NCBI GenBank assembly: GCA_050730875.1
Contig: JBOHNX010000002.1
Coordinates: 220,805 to 284,804, forward strand
DNA: 64,000 nucleotides
Direction: 5' to 3'
DNA from: Candidatus Saccharimonadales bacterium
GTDB lineage: Bacteria; Patescibacteriota; Saccharimonadia; Saccharimonadales; EFPC-124
In this document: positions 26,692 to 36,003 of the stretch, piece by piece
Numbering within the stretch: position 1 is the stretch's first letter
How the letters are laid out: each line of letters begins with the position of its first letter
Made by a program: the position numbers and the translations under genes
Notes under the pieces: generated by a model
Told to the model about the DNA's origin: nothing
What the model saw: only the letters and a program-made list of their open reading frames with translations
Databases searched by the model: none

Positions 26692-27324
26692 ATGCAATAC
26701 GACGTTATTTTTTTAGATTGGGAAGGCACACTCAGTAAGTCGCGGTTTTGGGGACATTGGGCAGCGGATGCTCGGCGGCAAAAAGATTACAATCTTATCC
26801 AAAAACGTTTTTTTGAAAACTCGCATGACATCAAACAAGACTGGATGCTCGGTAAGCTGAGCGCCGAGGAAGCTGTTGAGTTTATCGCCGACTTGACGAA
26901 CATGTCTTCCGCTAATCTTTTAACAGGCTTGCAAAAAAGCTGCGAACAAATGCAGTTTATCGATGAGCGAATTTTGGAGCAAGTAGGTAAGCTGCGCCAA
27001 AACGGCACAAAGGTAGTGATTTCTACTGACAACATGGACACGTTTACTCGTTGGACGGTTCCTGCTCTAAAGCTCGATACGCATGTGGACGAAGTGCTTA
27101 ATTCCCACACGCTCAAGGCCTTCAAAAAAGAAACTCACGCGGACGGCACCAGCAAATTCTTCGCAGATTTCTTCGCGCAATACGGTGTAGAACCATCCAG
27201 AAGCCTTTTAGTCGATGACAGTATAAACAATAAAGTTGTCGAAAACTTCGGTATGGACTACCAACAAGTTACATCAGGTCGATCAGCTAGTTCGATCTTG
27301 TCTGAGCTGACGGCTAAAATTTGA
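26692..27324 (+). CDS. HAD-superfamily-like hydrolase (motif I variant DWEGT)
   Basis: The ATG at 26692 is used because the longer ORF start at 26596 runs through the tRNA. VIFLDWEGTL resembles HAD motif I. ISTDN and VDDS resemble motifs II/IV. Confidence 0.45.
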   Translation: MQYDVIFLDWEGTLSKSRFWGHWAADARRQKDYNLIQKRFFENSHDIKQDWMLGKLSAEEAVEFIADLTNMSSANLLTGLQKSCEQMQFIDERILEQVGKLRQNGTKVVISTDNMDTFTRWTVPALKLDTHVDEVLNSHTLKAFKKETHADGTSKFFADFFAQYGVEPSRSLLVDDSINNKVVENFGMDYQQVTSGRSASSILSELTAKI

Positions 27325-28078
27325 TTTTCCCAAGCAGCCCGACATGATCAGAGATAAAGGAGCGTCTGCTGTTGCTGAGTCTGACACGATCTCGGAATAA
27401 GTGATCGTTCTGAACTGCTTTTGCATGTCGAATTAAAAGATGGTCGATGCGGTGCGGCTTGCGGTCTGGCCTGAGATATTCGGAGTGAAAAGTCGGAGTA
27501 TTGTCTTCACCAAAAGCATCAATCAAAGCGTTTGCTTCCAGGAATTGTTTATATAAGTCACAATCTTTTGCCAAGTTAAAATCGCCACTCATGATAAGCG
27601 GCACGTCTTTGTATCGAGAGAAAAATTGCGAGAATGCTTCGAGCTGGGCTATGTGAATAGGATAAAAACGATTACCGTTTGACCAATCGCCATCTTTGTT
27701 TGGGTTAAGGTGGATGTTTATGACAAGCGTACTATCGAATTGAATTGCTAGCGCGCCTTTGCGCAAGCTTTCGAGTGTCGCTGCATTACCAAAACGGCGA
27801 GTTGCAAGGAAGAGCGGGAAGAAAGATGTGTTCCGGAAGGGGGTTTTCGAGAAGGTTACAAGCCCGGCTCGTGGTCCAATGATCGAAAGTTTGAAAGCGA
27901 CGTAAGGGAAAGAAGGTAAGTGGCGACGCAGCGTTAACAGTTGCGCGTACGTGTTAACCTCTTGCAAATTAAGTACGTCAGCATCAAGTCTTTCGGTTTG
28001 CCGACAGAACTCTCTAAGTCGAGCATGGGTGTAACGCGGCAAAGGCATGCCAGCGACATTAAGGCTTATGATGGTCAT
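27314..28078 (-). CDS. Endonuclease/exonuclease/phosphatase (EEP) family protein
   Basis: ISLNVAG, LNLQEV, SGDFN and a terminal SDH motif. The ATG at 28078 is preferred to 28114, which would overlap the divergent neighbour and its promoter. Confidence 0.68.
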   Translation of the reverse strand: MTIISLNVAGMPLPRYTHARLREFCRQTERLDADVLNLQEVNTYAQLLTLRRHLPSFPYVAFKLSIIGPRAGLVTFSKTPFRNTSFFPLFLATRRFGNAATLESLRKGALAIQFDSTLVINIHLNPNKDGDWSNGNRFYPIHIAQLEAFSQFFSRYKDVPLIMSGDFNLAKDCDLYKQFLEANALIDAFGEDNTPTFHSEYLRPDRKPHRIDHLLIRHAKAVQNDHLFRDRVRLSNSRRSFISDHVGLLGKIKF

Positions 28079-28098
28079 GTGAGCAGTATAATGAAAAT

Positions 28099-28716
28099 AT
28101 GATTGATTACTCAAAAATAAACGGTACGTCTACCGAAGCGGTAGAGAAGGCGACGAGTAAGGGCTGGCAGGAATGGTGCGAGATGTTGGATGCGCTGGGC
28201 GCTGATAAAATGACGCATAAAGAAATCGCCAGCATGCTTTATGAAAAGGGTTATATCGACAATGGCTGGTGGTGCCAGCAGGTGACGGTGGGGTATGAAT
28301 ATGCCCGCGGCCGCCGCGTGGTTGGCCAAACTAAAGATGCCGGTTTTGAAATTGGCGTGCAAAAAACATTTGATGTGTCGGTCGACCAAGCTTGGCAACT
28401 GCTTTTGACTGAGCCAGGACTTAGCGTTTGGCTTGGTGCGCTTGGTGAAGACTTTCATTTTGCGAAGGGTGAGGCATACGAAACTGCCGATGGTACGCAC
28501 GGGGAAATCCGCAGCTACACGCTTGGCGAGCGCCTACGTTTGACGTGGCAGCCAAAAGACTGGGATCATAGTTCGACGTTGCAGATCTATGTCTTACCTA
28601 CAAATACGGGCGCATCGATAAGGTTCCATCACGAGAAGCTAGCAAACGCTGAAGAACGCGAAGCCATGCGCGAGCACTGGCGCAATGTTCTGGACAAAAT
28701 AGAAAAGCTAGTTTGA
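28099..28716 (+). CDS. Hypothetical protein, possible SRPBCC/AHSA1-like C-terminal domain
   Basis: 205 aa. N-terminal helical region with WWCQQVTVGYEYARGRR. C-terminal beta-rich region (IRSYTLGERLRLTWQ...LQIYV). TATAAT lies 6 nt upstream of the ATG (leaderless geometry). Confidence 0.35.
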   Translation: MIDYSKINGTSTEAVEKATSKGWQEWCEMLDALGADKMTHKEIASMLYEKGYIDNGWWCQQVTVGYEYARGRRVVGQTKDAGFEIGVQKTFDVSVDQAWQLLLTEPGLSVWLGALGEDFHFAKGEAYETADGTHGEIRSYTLGERLRLTWQPKDWDHSSTLQIYVLPTNTGASIRFHHEKLANAEEREAMREHWRNVLDKIEKLV

Positions 28717-28805
28717 CGTAAAACTTACGCTTGTTCGGCCCGCGATCTACCTTATAATTACTGTAAGGTTGGGAGCTAGTTAGACCAAAACTTGAAGGAG
28801 GGGAC

Positions 28806-30419
28806 ATGGCCGAGCAGGTCAATTCTTATATAACGCAAGACGATCGAGGACTTCGGCCAACCGAAAAAGGTCGCGAATATCTTGAACGCTCCGTCACGAA
28901 TGTCGACGGGAATGTTTATGGATTTACAGATGAAATTGACCCAGTTATCGTTGCTGCAGCGATGGCGCGCCTAAGTCGATTTGGCGGTGATTTGCGCACC
29001 CTCTTACTAAAAGAATTTGCCGGTCAGGCTGGCCAAGAAAAAGGTCTGTTGCACCGCGTTGTAACTCAGTTTGGTGATGATTCTGTACAGCAGCTCTCAA
29101 CGGTGCCACTTGTAGTTGAGAACGCCTCAAACCTTCTTACAAAACACCTGGAATGGGGTAGGATTGCCGCTTATTTGGAACAATCTACTCGTTATATTTT
29201 CTTTGATGAAAAAGTAAATGGCCGTTATCGATACCACACGCCAGAGCATTTTGCGCCAGAAGTTAAAACGCAGTACGAAAAAGGTATGGACAAAATCTTC
29301 GATAATTACTCGACCTTAGTGCGCAACATGTTTGAACACTACAGTGAACATGATTCAACGCCGGAAGACCAGCGTGACGTAGCTTGGCGTATTGCAACAC
29401 GCGGCAAGGCTTGCGATGCAGCGCGCGGTTTACTTCCAGTAGCTACCGCTTCGACCGTCGGTATTGTTGGGTCGGCGCAGGCTATCGACAATATGATTAT
29501 GAACCTCCTCAGTCAGGGACTACCGGAGGCTCAGCAGGCAGGTCGTGAGATCTTGACCGAAGTTCGTAAACAACACGGTATATTTTTTGAACGGACAGAC
29601 CTGGAAAATCGTGGTCTTGCGACGGTTGAGCATAAGCGTACAACACGACAGAATATGGCGCGCTTAGCACGCAAATTAGTTGCAGTCGAGCGAGAATCAG
29701 AAGGTTTCTCGGCGAAACTGCTCGATTACACGCCACACGACGAAACAGAAGTTGTTGCGCACATGCTCTACGGCCAAACGTCGCTTGGCTTGGATGAGAT
29801 CAAGAAGCAGCTTGAAACTTGGAGTGATGATGAACTAACAGAGGCAATGTTGCTGTATTATGGCGAGCGAACGAACCGCCGCCATAAACCAGGACGAGCA
29901 CTCGAAGTTCCTCATTATACGTTTGATCTGGTTTGTGATTATGGGAGCTTCCGCGACTTGCAACGGCACAGAATGGTGGATGCACTTGAATGGCAATCGC
30001 TTAATCATGAGCTTGGCTATGCAATCCCCGAAGACGTAAAAGCAGCGGGTTACGAGAGTTTGTATCATGAAACTCACGATATTGCTAAGAGTCTTTATGA
30101 CCAGCTGATGGGTGCTGATCACGACATTGAAGCTCAATATGCGACGCTGCTTGGCAATAATATGCGCTGGAAGGTGACTATGAACGCTCGCGAAGCCTTC
30201 CACTTTATCGAACTCCGAACGCAGCCGGCGGGGCATCCAGGCTATCGTCGTTTGGTGAAGATGATGTATGAAGAAATTGAAAAAGTTCATCCGAATATTG
30301 CTCGGGGAATGATCTTCGTGGATCGGCGCGATGACGACCCGAACGTAAGCCGGCTCGAGCAACTGCGCAACGCAAGTGCGAAAATGTCTGCGTTGGGCGT
30401 CGATGGCCTGATAGAATGA
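28806..30419 (+). CDS. ThyX-family (flavin-dependent thymidylate synthase-like) protein, long ~540-aa form
   Basis: The C-terminal half carries FRDLQRHRMV...EWQS (ThyX RHR motif region) and NAREAFHFIELRTQPAGH (ThyX 'R..F..LR...AQ' block). It is about twice the length of a canonical ThyX. Confidence 0.5.
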   Translation: MAEQVNSYITQDDRGLRPTEKGREYLERSVTNVDGNVYGFTDEIDPVIVAAAMARLSRFGGDLRTLLLKEFAGQAGQEKGLLHRVVTQFGDDSVQQLSTVPLVVENASNLLTKHLEWGRIAAYLEQSTRYIFFDEKVNGRYRYHTPEHFAPEVKTQYEKGMDKIFDNYSTLVRNMFEHYSEHDSTPEDQRDVAWRIATRGKACDAARGLLPVATASTVGIVGSAQAIDNMIMNLLSQGLPEAQQAGREILTEVRKQHGIFFERTDLENRGLATVEHKRTTRQNMARLARKLVAVERESEGFSAKLLDYTPHDETEVVAHMLYGQTSLGLDEIKKQLETWSDDELTEAMLLYYGERTNRRHKPGRALEVPHYTFDLVCDYGSFRDLQRHRMVDALEWQSLNHELGYAIPEDVKAAGYESLYHETHDIAKSLYDQLMGADHDIEAQYATLLGNNMRWKVTMNAREAFHFIELRTQPAGHPGYRRLVKMMYEEIEKVHPNIARGMIFVDRRDDDPNVSRLEQLRNASAKMSALGVDGLIE

Positions 30420-30423
30420 GATT

Positions 30424-31104
30424 ATGATTCTGGAAGCGCGGGAAGTAACAAAAATCTACGGCAAGAGCGAAAATGCTTTTGTAGCGCTTGACCGCGTGTC
30501 GCTCCGTATAAAAAAGGGCGAGAGCGTGGCGATTCTGGGCAAGTCTGGCTCGGGTAAATCGACGCTGATGCATGTGCTGGCGGCGTTGGACCGCGCAAAT
30601 TCTGGTACGGTTTCGTTCGATGAAAAACCGTACGAAAGGTTAAGTGCAAATAAGCTCGATCGCTTGCGCTCGCGCAGCTTTGGGTTTATCTTTCAGCAAT
30701 TCTTTTTGAACGGCCGCGAAACCGTGCTTGAAAACGTTATGCTGCCGCTTAAAATTGCTGGCGTTGGCCGGCGAGCACGCAAACAGCGAGCGATGTCGGC
30801 ATTAGCCGAAGTGGATCTGATCGACAAAGTTAATAACCGAGCTACCGACCTTTCGGGCGGCCAAAAGCAACGCGTGGCAATTGCCCGGGCAATCGTCATG
30901 GAGCCGGACGTTATTTTTGCGGACGAGCCAACTGGTAACCTGGATTCCGAAAACGGTAGGCTGGTCGAAGACTTGCTGTTTCGACTCAATCGCGAAAAAG
31001 GAATTTCCTTAGTTATTGTCACCCACGACGAAGACCTGGCTGGTCGCTGCAAACGCCGCTTGTACATGAAAGATGGCCGCTTAAGCGAAAAGGCGCCAGC
31101 ATGA
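30424..31104 (+). CDS. ABC transporter ATP-binding protein (MacB/LolD-like)
   Basis: Walker A GKSGSGKST, signature LSGGQKQR, Walker B IFADEPT, H-loop VTHD. Confidence 0.85.
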   Translation: MILEAREVTKIYGKSENAFVALDRVSLRIKKGESVAILGKSGSGKSTLMHVLAALDRANSGTVSFDEKPYERLSANKLDRLRSRSFGFIFQQFFLNGRETVLENVMLPLKIAGVGRRARKQRAMSALAEVDLIDKVNNRATDLSGGQKQRVAIARAIVMEPDVIFADEPTGNLDSENGRLVEDLLFRLNREKGISLVIVTHDEDLAGRCKRRLYMKDGRLSEKAPA

Positions 31105-32372
31105 AATTTCTCGACGTCATTCTAACCGCCAACCGCAATCTCACGCGTTCAAAACTACGTACTTTATTGACGATTTTGGCGATTTTTGTGGGCGCGTTTA
31201 CACTAACGCTCACCACCGCGCTGAACACTGGTGCGCGCGAATATTTGGAACGCCAACTCGGTAACGTAAGTGTGCCCGGCGTGTTCCATGTCGTACCAAA
31301 AACTGATGTGAATCCATTTGCCGGCACAGGCGAGTTGAAGGAGTATGACCCAGACAAAAAACAGAGCACCTTCCGCGATATTCTTACTTCAACAATGGCA
31401 CGGAGTGATGTCGATAAACTGCAGAAGGTCGAAGGTGTCGAAAAAGCCGAGCCATTTTACAATGTTGGCGCTGAGTACATTCGCGCCGAGGACAGTAAAA
31501 AGTACCAGGTGCCGCAGCTAACTCAGAATATTTATCTTAATTTAGACCTAGCAGCTGGCCGCTTACTGCAAGATAACGGTGGCAGTAGCGCTATACTACC
31601 CGAACATTATTTAGAGCCGCTTGGGTTTAACGATGCGCAGGATGCGGTTGGCAAAAAGGCCTACCTCGCCTATAAAAATGCGCGCCAGCAGGTGTTAGAA
31701 AAGGAAGTCACCGTAGTGGGTGTCATGCGCAAATCCTTCGTGACCGAAGGGCAACTGTTTGTAAGCGACGATGTGGTAGAAGAAATTGCGGCAGCCCAAG
31801 GCCAAAGCAACCGCTTTTTTGCTGTGCTTGTAAAAATCAAGAACGCAACCGACGAAACAGATGAGTCGGTGCTCAAAGAGCGCTTGCAATCTACCGGCAA
31901 TTACACGGCACTTTCGGTAAAAGAACGCATTGGAACGGTTATTACGGTAATCACTGCCATCACAGCGGCTTTGAACGTTGTGGGCGTCATCGCCCTCATT
32001 GCCGCAGCGTTCGGCATTATTAACACGCTACTTATGAGCGTGTACGAACGCACGCACGAAATTGGCCTTATGAAAGCGCTCGGTATGCGCCGTGGCAAGG
32101 TATTTGCACTGTTTGCAATCGAAGCCGTGCTAGTTGGTTTTTGGGGATCGTTGATTGCGGTTGGTGCGGCTTGGGGTGTGAGCATCTTTGTAAACCAATT
32201 CGCCACGCAGACATTCTTAAAAGATTTTGAAGGATTTGTACTCCTGGTAGTGACACCACTCGGCGCCGCGTTTGTGATTGGCCTGATCATGGTTATTGCC
32301 TTCCTTGCCGGCACATTACCGGCCATCAAAGCATCACGCCTAAACCCAATCGACGCCCTGCGCAGCGAATAG
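31101..32372 (+). CDS. ABC transporter permease, MacB/FtsX family
   Basis: 423 aa. ATGA overlap with the ATPase gene. N-terminal TM, large external domain and FtsX domain (ERTHEIGLMKALGM). Confidence 0.8.
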   Translation: MKFLDVILTANRNLTRSKLRTLLTILAIFVGAFTLTLTTALNTGAREYLERQLGNVSVPGVFHVVPKTDVNPFAGTGELKEYDPDKKQSTFRDILTSTMARSDVDKLQKVEGVEKAEPFYNVGAEYIRAEDSKKYQVPQLTQNIYLNLDLAAGRLLQDNGGSSAILPEHYLEPLGFNDAQDAVGKKAYLAYKNARQQVLEKEVTVVGVMRKSFVTEGQLFVSDDVVEEIAAAQGQSNRFFAVLVKIKNATDETDESVLKERLQSTGNYTALSVKERIGTVITVITAITAALNVVGVIALIAAAFGIINTLLMSVYERTHEIGLMKALGMRRGKVFALFAIEAVLVGFWGSLIAVGAAWGVSIFVNQFATQTFLKDFEGFVLLVVTPLGAAFVIGLIMVIAFLAGTLPAIKASRLNPIDALRSE

Positions 32373-32437
32373 GCGCAAAAAATCGTTTTACATATACACC
32401 AACCAGGTGTATATTTATTTCGTTCACCGAGTTTACT

Positions 32438-33133
32438 ATGACTGAAAGAGAAGATTTTTTAGAAGAAGCTATTGCTGCGGCTGAGCGAGCGGTTGAACTC
32501 GGTGTTATTACGGAGAAGACCCTAAGCATCGAGGCCCTGCGAGCGGTGGTTGAGCAGGCAAGGTTGGCTAAGCGTTTGCGACACGAAAACGCAAGCCTGC
32601 GCGAAGAGAACGAAAGAGATCTATTGACGCATGCTCTAACCAGGGCAGCTACGCAGCGTCGCCTAGATGAAATTGTGCAGGAAATGAAATTGGCGAAACG
32701 TAAAAATGACCCCGAAGCTGTGGTGGTTATTTATATTGATTTATATAAGCTTAAAGAGGTGAACGATACCTTTGGCCACGAAATGGGCGATAGCAAGCTA
32801 TGGCATTTCGCAGCCAACACTCTTATAGCCCTGCGTGAAGAAGACGTTTTTGGGCGTCTGCATGGCGATGAATTTCTCATTGTCTTGCCGATTACTAGAG
32901 GCACAGAGGCAGAACGGGTTGCTGCAGAAGTTACTAATAAGATTGATGAAAACATTGGTTGGCACAATCAACATCTTGGGGAAGAAGAACCAGAACTTCG
33001 CATCACAAAAGGTGTGGCTATATTCCTTCGCGGCACAGAATTAAGCGGCGATGAAATGATCCGACAGGCCGACTCGGCGATGTACGAGGAAAAAGGCCGT
33101 CAGCGAAGAGAAGATGGTCAAAACAACTCCTAA
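32438..33133 (+). CDS. GGDEF-domain protein (HGDEF variant) with N-terminal coiled coil
   Basis: 231 aa. IDLYKLKEVNDTFGHEMGD, active-site HGDEF at nt 32861..32875, RxxD I-site (REED) exactly 5 residues upstream, and C-terminal ADSAMYEEK. Confidence 0.75.
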   Translation: MTEREDFLEEAIAAAERAVELGVITEKTLSIEALRAVVEQARLAKRLRHENASLREENERDLLTHALTRAATQRRLDEIVQEMKLAKRKNDPEAVVVIYIDLYKLKEVNDTFGHEMGDSKLWHFAANTLIALREEDVFGRLHGDEFLIVLPITRGTEAERVAAEVTNKIDENIGWHNQHLGEEEPELRITKGVAIFLRGTELSGDEMIRQADSAMYEEKGRQRREDGQNNS

Positions 33134-33178
33134 AATTTAGACTAGTTTTCCCGAGGCTAACTGTTATAATTACCTCAC

Positions 33179-34777
33179 ATGGAGCGCCATAAAGCGACGC
33201 ACTATGTTTTTGTTACTGGTGGAGTTCTTTCTGGACTCGGAAAAGGAATCACCGCGGCGTCGTTAGGCGCCGTTTTGAAGGCCCGCGGAATTAAGGTAAC
33301 CATCCAAAAATGTGACCCTTACCTTAATGTCGACGCCGGTACGCTAAACCCCGCCGAACACGGCGAGTGCTTTGTGACGAAAGATGGTGCCGAAACCGAT
33401 TTAGACCTTGGCCACTACGAACGATTCTTAGACATTGAACTGACTCAGGCCAGTTCAACCATGGCCGGTCGATTACTACGTCAGCTTATTGCCGACGAGC
33501 GCGGCGGCAAGTTTTTGGGTAAAACGGTCCAATTGGTACCGCATTTTACCGATGCAATCCAACAAGCAATTATCGAAGCAGGCGCGGGGAGTGACATACA
33601 CATCGTTGAAATTGGCGGCACCGTGGGTGACTACGAAGGTCTGGCCTTTATGGAAGCTATCCGCGAAATGGCTGCCCGTTTTCCTGGCCGCTGCGCCTTT
33701 GCGCATGTTGTGTATGTGCCGTATCTTGGCACCAGCAAAGAATTCAAAACCAAGCCAGCGCAAAACGCAGTCCGCGACCTGCGCGGTTTAGGAATCGTGC
33801 CAGATTTACTTTTGGTGCGAACCGAAAGTGCCGCAAAAGATAACATCGTAGCAAAACTAAGCATGTATGGTGGCGTGCCGCGCGAAGCCGTTATCCAACT
33901 GCCAAACGCTCGCACAGTGTACCAAGTGCCGCTGACGCTCGAAGAGCATCACGTTGGCGATTTGATTCTACGCAAATTCGGCATGAAGGCGCGCAAAGCT
34001 AACATGAAAGAATGGCGCGAAGTCGTTGCGGCAGCCACGGCCGAATATCCAAAGACTGTGCACATCGGCATAGTCGCAAAATACCTAGACAACGAAGATA
34101 CGTACTTTTCAGTGATGGAAGCGCTCAAAAGCGCAGCGTGGGCAAATAATGTCCAGCTACAAACCACTTGGGTAGATGCCGAAAAGCTGGAAGAACAGGG
34201 TGCCGAGATTCTCGATGCTTTCGATGGCATCGTGGTGCCTGGCGGCTTTGGCTCGCGCGGTATCGAAGGCAAAATTAAAGCTGCCGCGTACGCCATGGAG
34301 CATAATATTCCATACCTTGGTCTGTGCCTTGGCTTGCAGATGGCTGTTATTGCAGCCGCCCGCAAGAGTGGTTTGAAAGATGCAACGACTGGCGAGGTTG
34401 ATCCGAACGCCAAGCACCAAGTTGTCTACATTATGTCCGAACAAAAAGGTAAAGAAGCGACCGGCGGCACCATGCGCCTCGGTGATTACACGTGCGTGTT
34501 GCAAAAAGGCTCGTTGGCGGAAAAACTATACGGCGCACACGAAGTTGTAGAGCGCCACCGCCACCGTTATGAAGTGAATCAAGCTTATCGTAGCTACCTA
34601 GAAGATGCTGGCTTAGTCTTGAGCGGCGTGTCGCCAGATGGCACATTGGTAGAAATGATCGAACACCGCGGTCACCCATTCTTTATTGCCACCCAAGCGC
34701 ATCCAGAATTCAAGTCACGTCCACATCGGCCGCATCCGCTATTTGACGGACTTATCAAAGCGGCTACCAGCAAATAG
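33179..34777 (+). CDS. pyrG: CTP synthase
   Basis: 532 aa. VTGGVLSGLGKG N-terminus. GATase domain with GLCLGLQ and HRHRYE. Confidence 0.95.
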   Translation: MERHKATHYVFVTGGVLSGLGKGITAASLGAVLKARGIKVTIQKCDPYLNVDAGTLNPAEHGECFVTKDGAETDLDLGHYERFLDIELTQASSTMAGRLLRQLIADERGGKFLGKTVQLVPHFTDAIQQAIIEAGAGSDIHIVEIGGTVGDYEGLAFMEAIREMAARFPGRCAFAHVVYVPYLGTSKEFKTKPAQNAVRDLRGLGIVPDLLLVRTESAAKDNIVAKLSMYGGVPREAVIQLPNARTVYQVPLTLEEHHVGDLILRKFGMKARKANMKEWREVVAAATAEYPKTVHIGIVAKYLDNEDTYFSVMEALKSAAWANNVQLQTTWVDAEKLEEQGAEILDAFDGIVVPGGFGSRGIEGKIKAAAYAMEHNIPYLGLCLGLQMAVIAAARKSGLKDATTGEVDPNAKHQVVYIMSEQKGKEATGGTMRLGDYTCVLQKGSLAEKLYGAHEVVERHRHRYEVNQAYRSYLEDAGLVLSGVSPDGTLVEMIEHRGHPFFIATQAHPEFKSRPHRPHPLFDGLIKAATSK

Positions 34778-34833
34778 TTTACTAATCAATACTTTTCTTG
34801 TATAATAATACAAATTTTCTAAGTGCTATTTGT

Positions 34834-35976
34834 ATGGAACAATTCTGTCCGTTTACCGAGGGAGAACTCGAACCAGAAGTCGAAAAACGACATATGGACG
34901 AACTTCGCCAAAGTCTCGCGCAACATCTTATTGATTACCCCGAGGCCAGTGCGTTTATTGTGGATGGCTATCGCGCAAAGTTTGCCGATGTTATCAAAAA
35001 AGACCCTGAAACAGATCCGCATGCGGCTTATCTTGTAAACCGCGATGCCTACGGGGCTATGATTGGTGCATTTACGCACCATATGTATGTCGAAGTCATG
35101 TACCAGGTGCTCGAATTTAAAGAATACAATTTTGGAGTGTTTAGTCTCGTACCTCAAAACTTACCAACTCCAGCTGCTGAAATACCAGGTTATATGAAGG
35201 GCGCTAAAGCTTTAGAAACGAGTCCCTATGAAGAATTCATAAACGCTGCAGTTTACTGGATTGAAGAAGCAACCAAGACCGTAACTCCCGAGATTAACCC
35301 GGAATTCCTCAAGACCTTGGAGGAACTCCAGAAGGAGCACAAGCAGAGCTGGAAAACATGGGCTGCTATTGCCGAGGCCAAAGGGATACCGCATAAACAG
35401 TATCTGCCTATTTTTGATGAGTGGGATTTCGAATCTATACGCGTAGCCGGCAACTATAGCAACGTGCTTGAGTTGATGGCGGCATTTATAATCTTACAAA
35501 GAAGGCTCGAAGCAGATGCCGGAAGACCACTGGATAAGTCGGAAATGGTTGTAAGCACTTGGCTGTACTCCGATATACTAACGCGGCTCACAAAAACTGG
35601 TAGAAAAACGTTCTTAGGGGTAGTGCGCGGGTTCGATGAGTCTGCAGCTTTGGGCCTTGAGTTCGATGGATGCGAGGATGTCCTATATAGGCGCCAGGAT
35701 GATGATAGCTACGACTTTGCACACCCTGCAATTTCACTCGAGCAGCGTGCCAAACGCGCCGGTCGTTGCGCTGGTGCAATGGTTCTAAAACCTCGTGCTG
35801 AACACAACGCCACAGTAGAACATTTCTTTGACGACTACCGCCATTATATTCAGGAAAGTGGGGGGATAGTTCCAGATAAAGAAACTTGGTTTAAAGATGG
35901 TTTTAGTTCGGTAGATGTACTGACGGCGCTGTGCAACCAGATTGCAGAGCGCACACTTTTTCAAGCGCATAGCTAG
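34834..35976 (+). CDS. Hypothetical protein
   Basis: 380 aa counted from the ATG at 34834. The TTG at 34798 would include a TATAAT box at 34801..34806. No motif recognised. Confidence 0.45.
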   Translation: MEQFCPFTEGELEPEVEKRHMDELRQSLAQHLIDYPEASAFIVDGYRAKFADVIKKDPETDPHAAYLVNRDAYGAMIGAFTHHMYVEVMYQVLEFKEYNFGVFSLVPQNLPTPAAEIPGYMKGAKALETSPYEEFINAAVYWIEEATKTVTPEINPEFLKTLEELQKEHKQSWKTWAAIAEAKGIPHKQYLPIFDEWDFESIRVAGNYSNVLELMAAFIILQRRLEADAGRPLDKSEMVVSTWLYSDILTRLTKTGRKTFLGVVRGFDESAALGLEFDGCEDVLYRRQDDDSYDFAHPAISLEQRAKRAGRCAGAMVLKPRAEHNATVEHFFDDYRHYIQESGGIVPDKETWFKDGFSSVDVLTALCNQIAERTLFQAHS

Positions 35977-36003
35977 CGTGACATCTGTTACACTAGGTGC
36001 AGT

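Noticed and set aside
26590-28716. Integrated genomic island at tRNA-Ser
   Set aside because: No integrase or recombinase gene was found, and no direct repeat of the tRNA 3' end was noticed downstream. Only a mild accessory-gene character supports the idea.
29835-30362. 175-aa ORF antisense to the ThyX-like gene
   Set aside because: The plus-strand frame carries recognisable ThyX motifs. The antisense translation has none.
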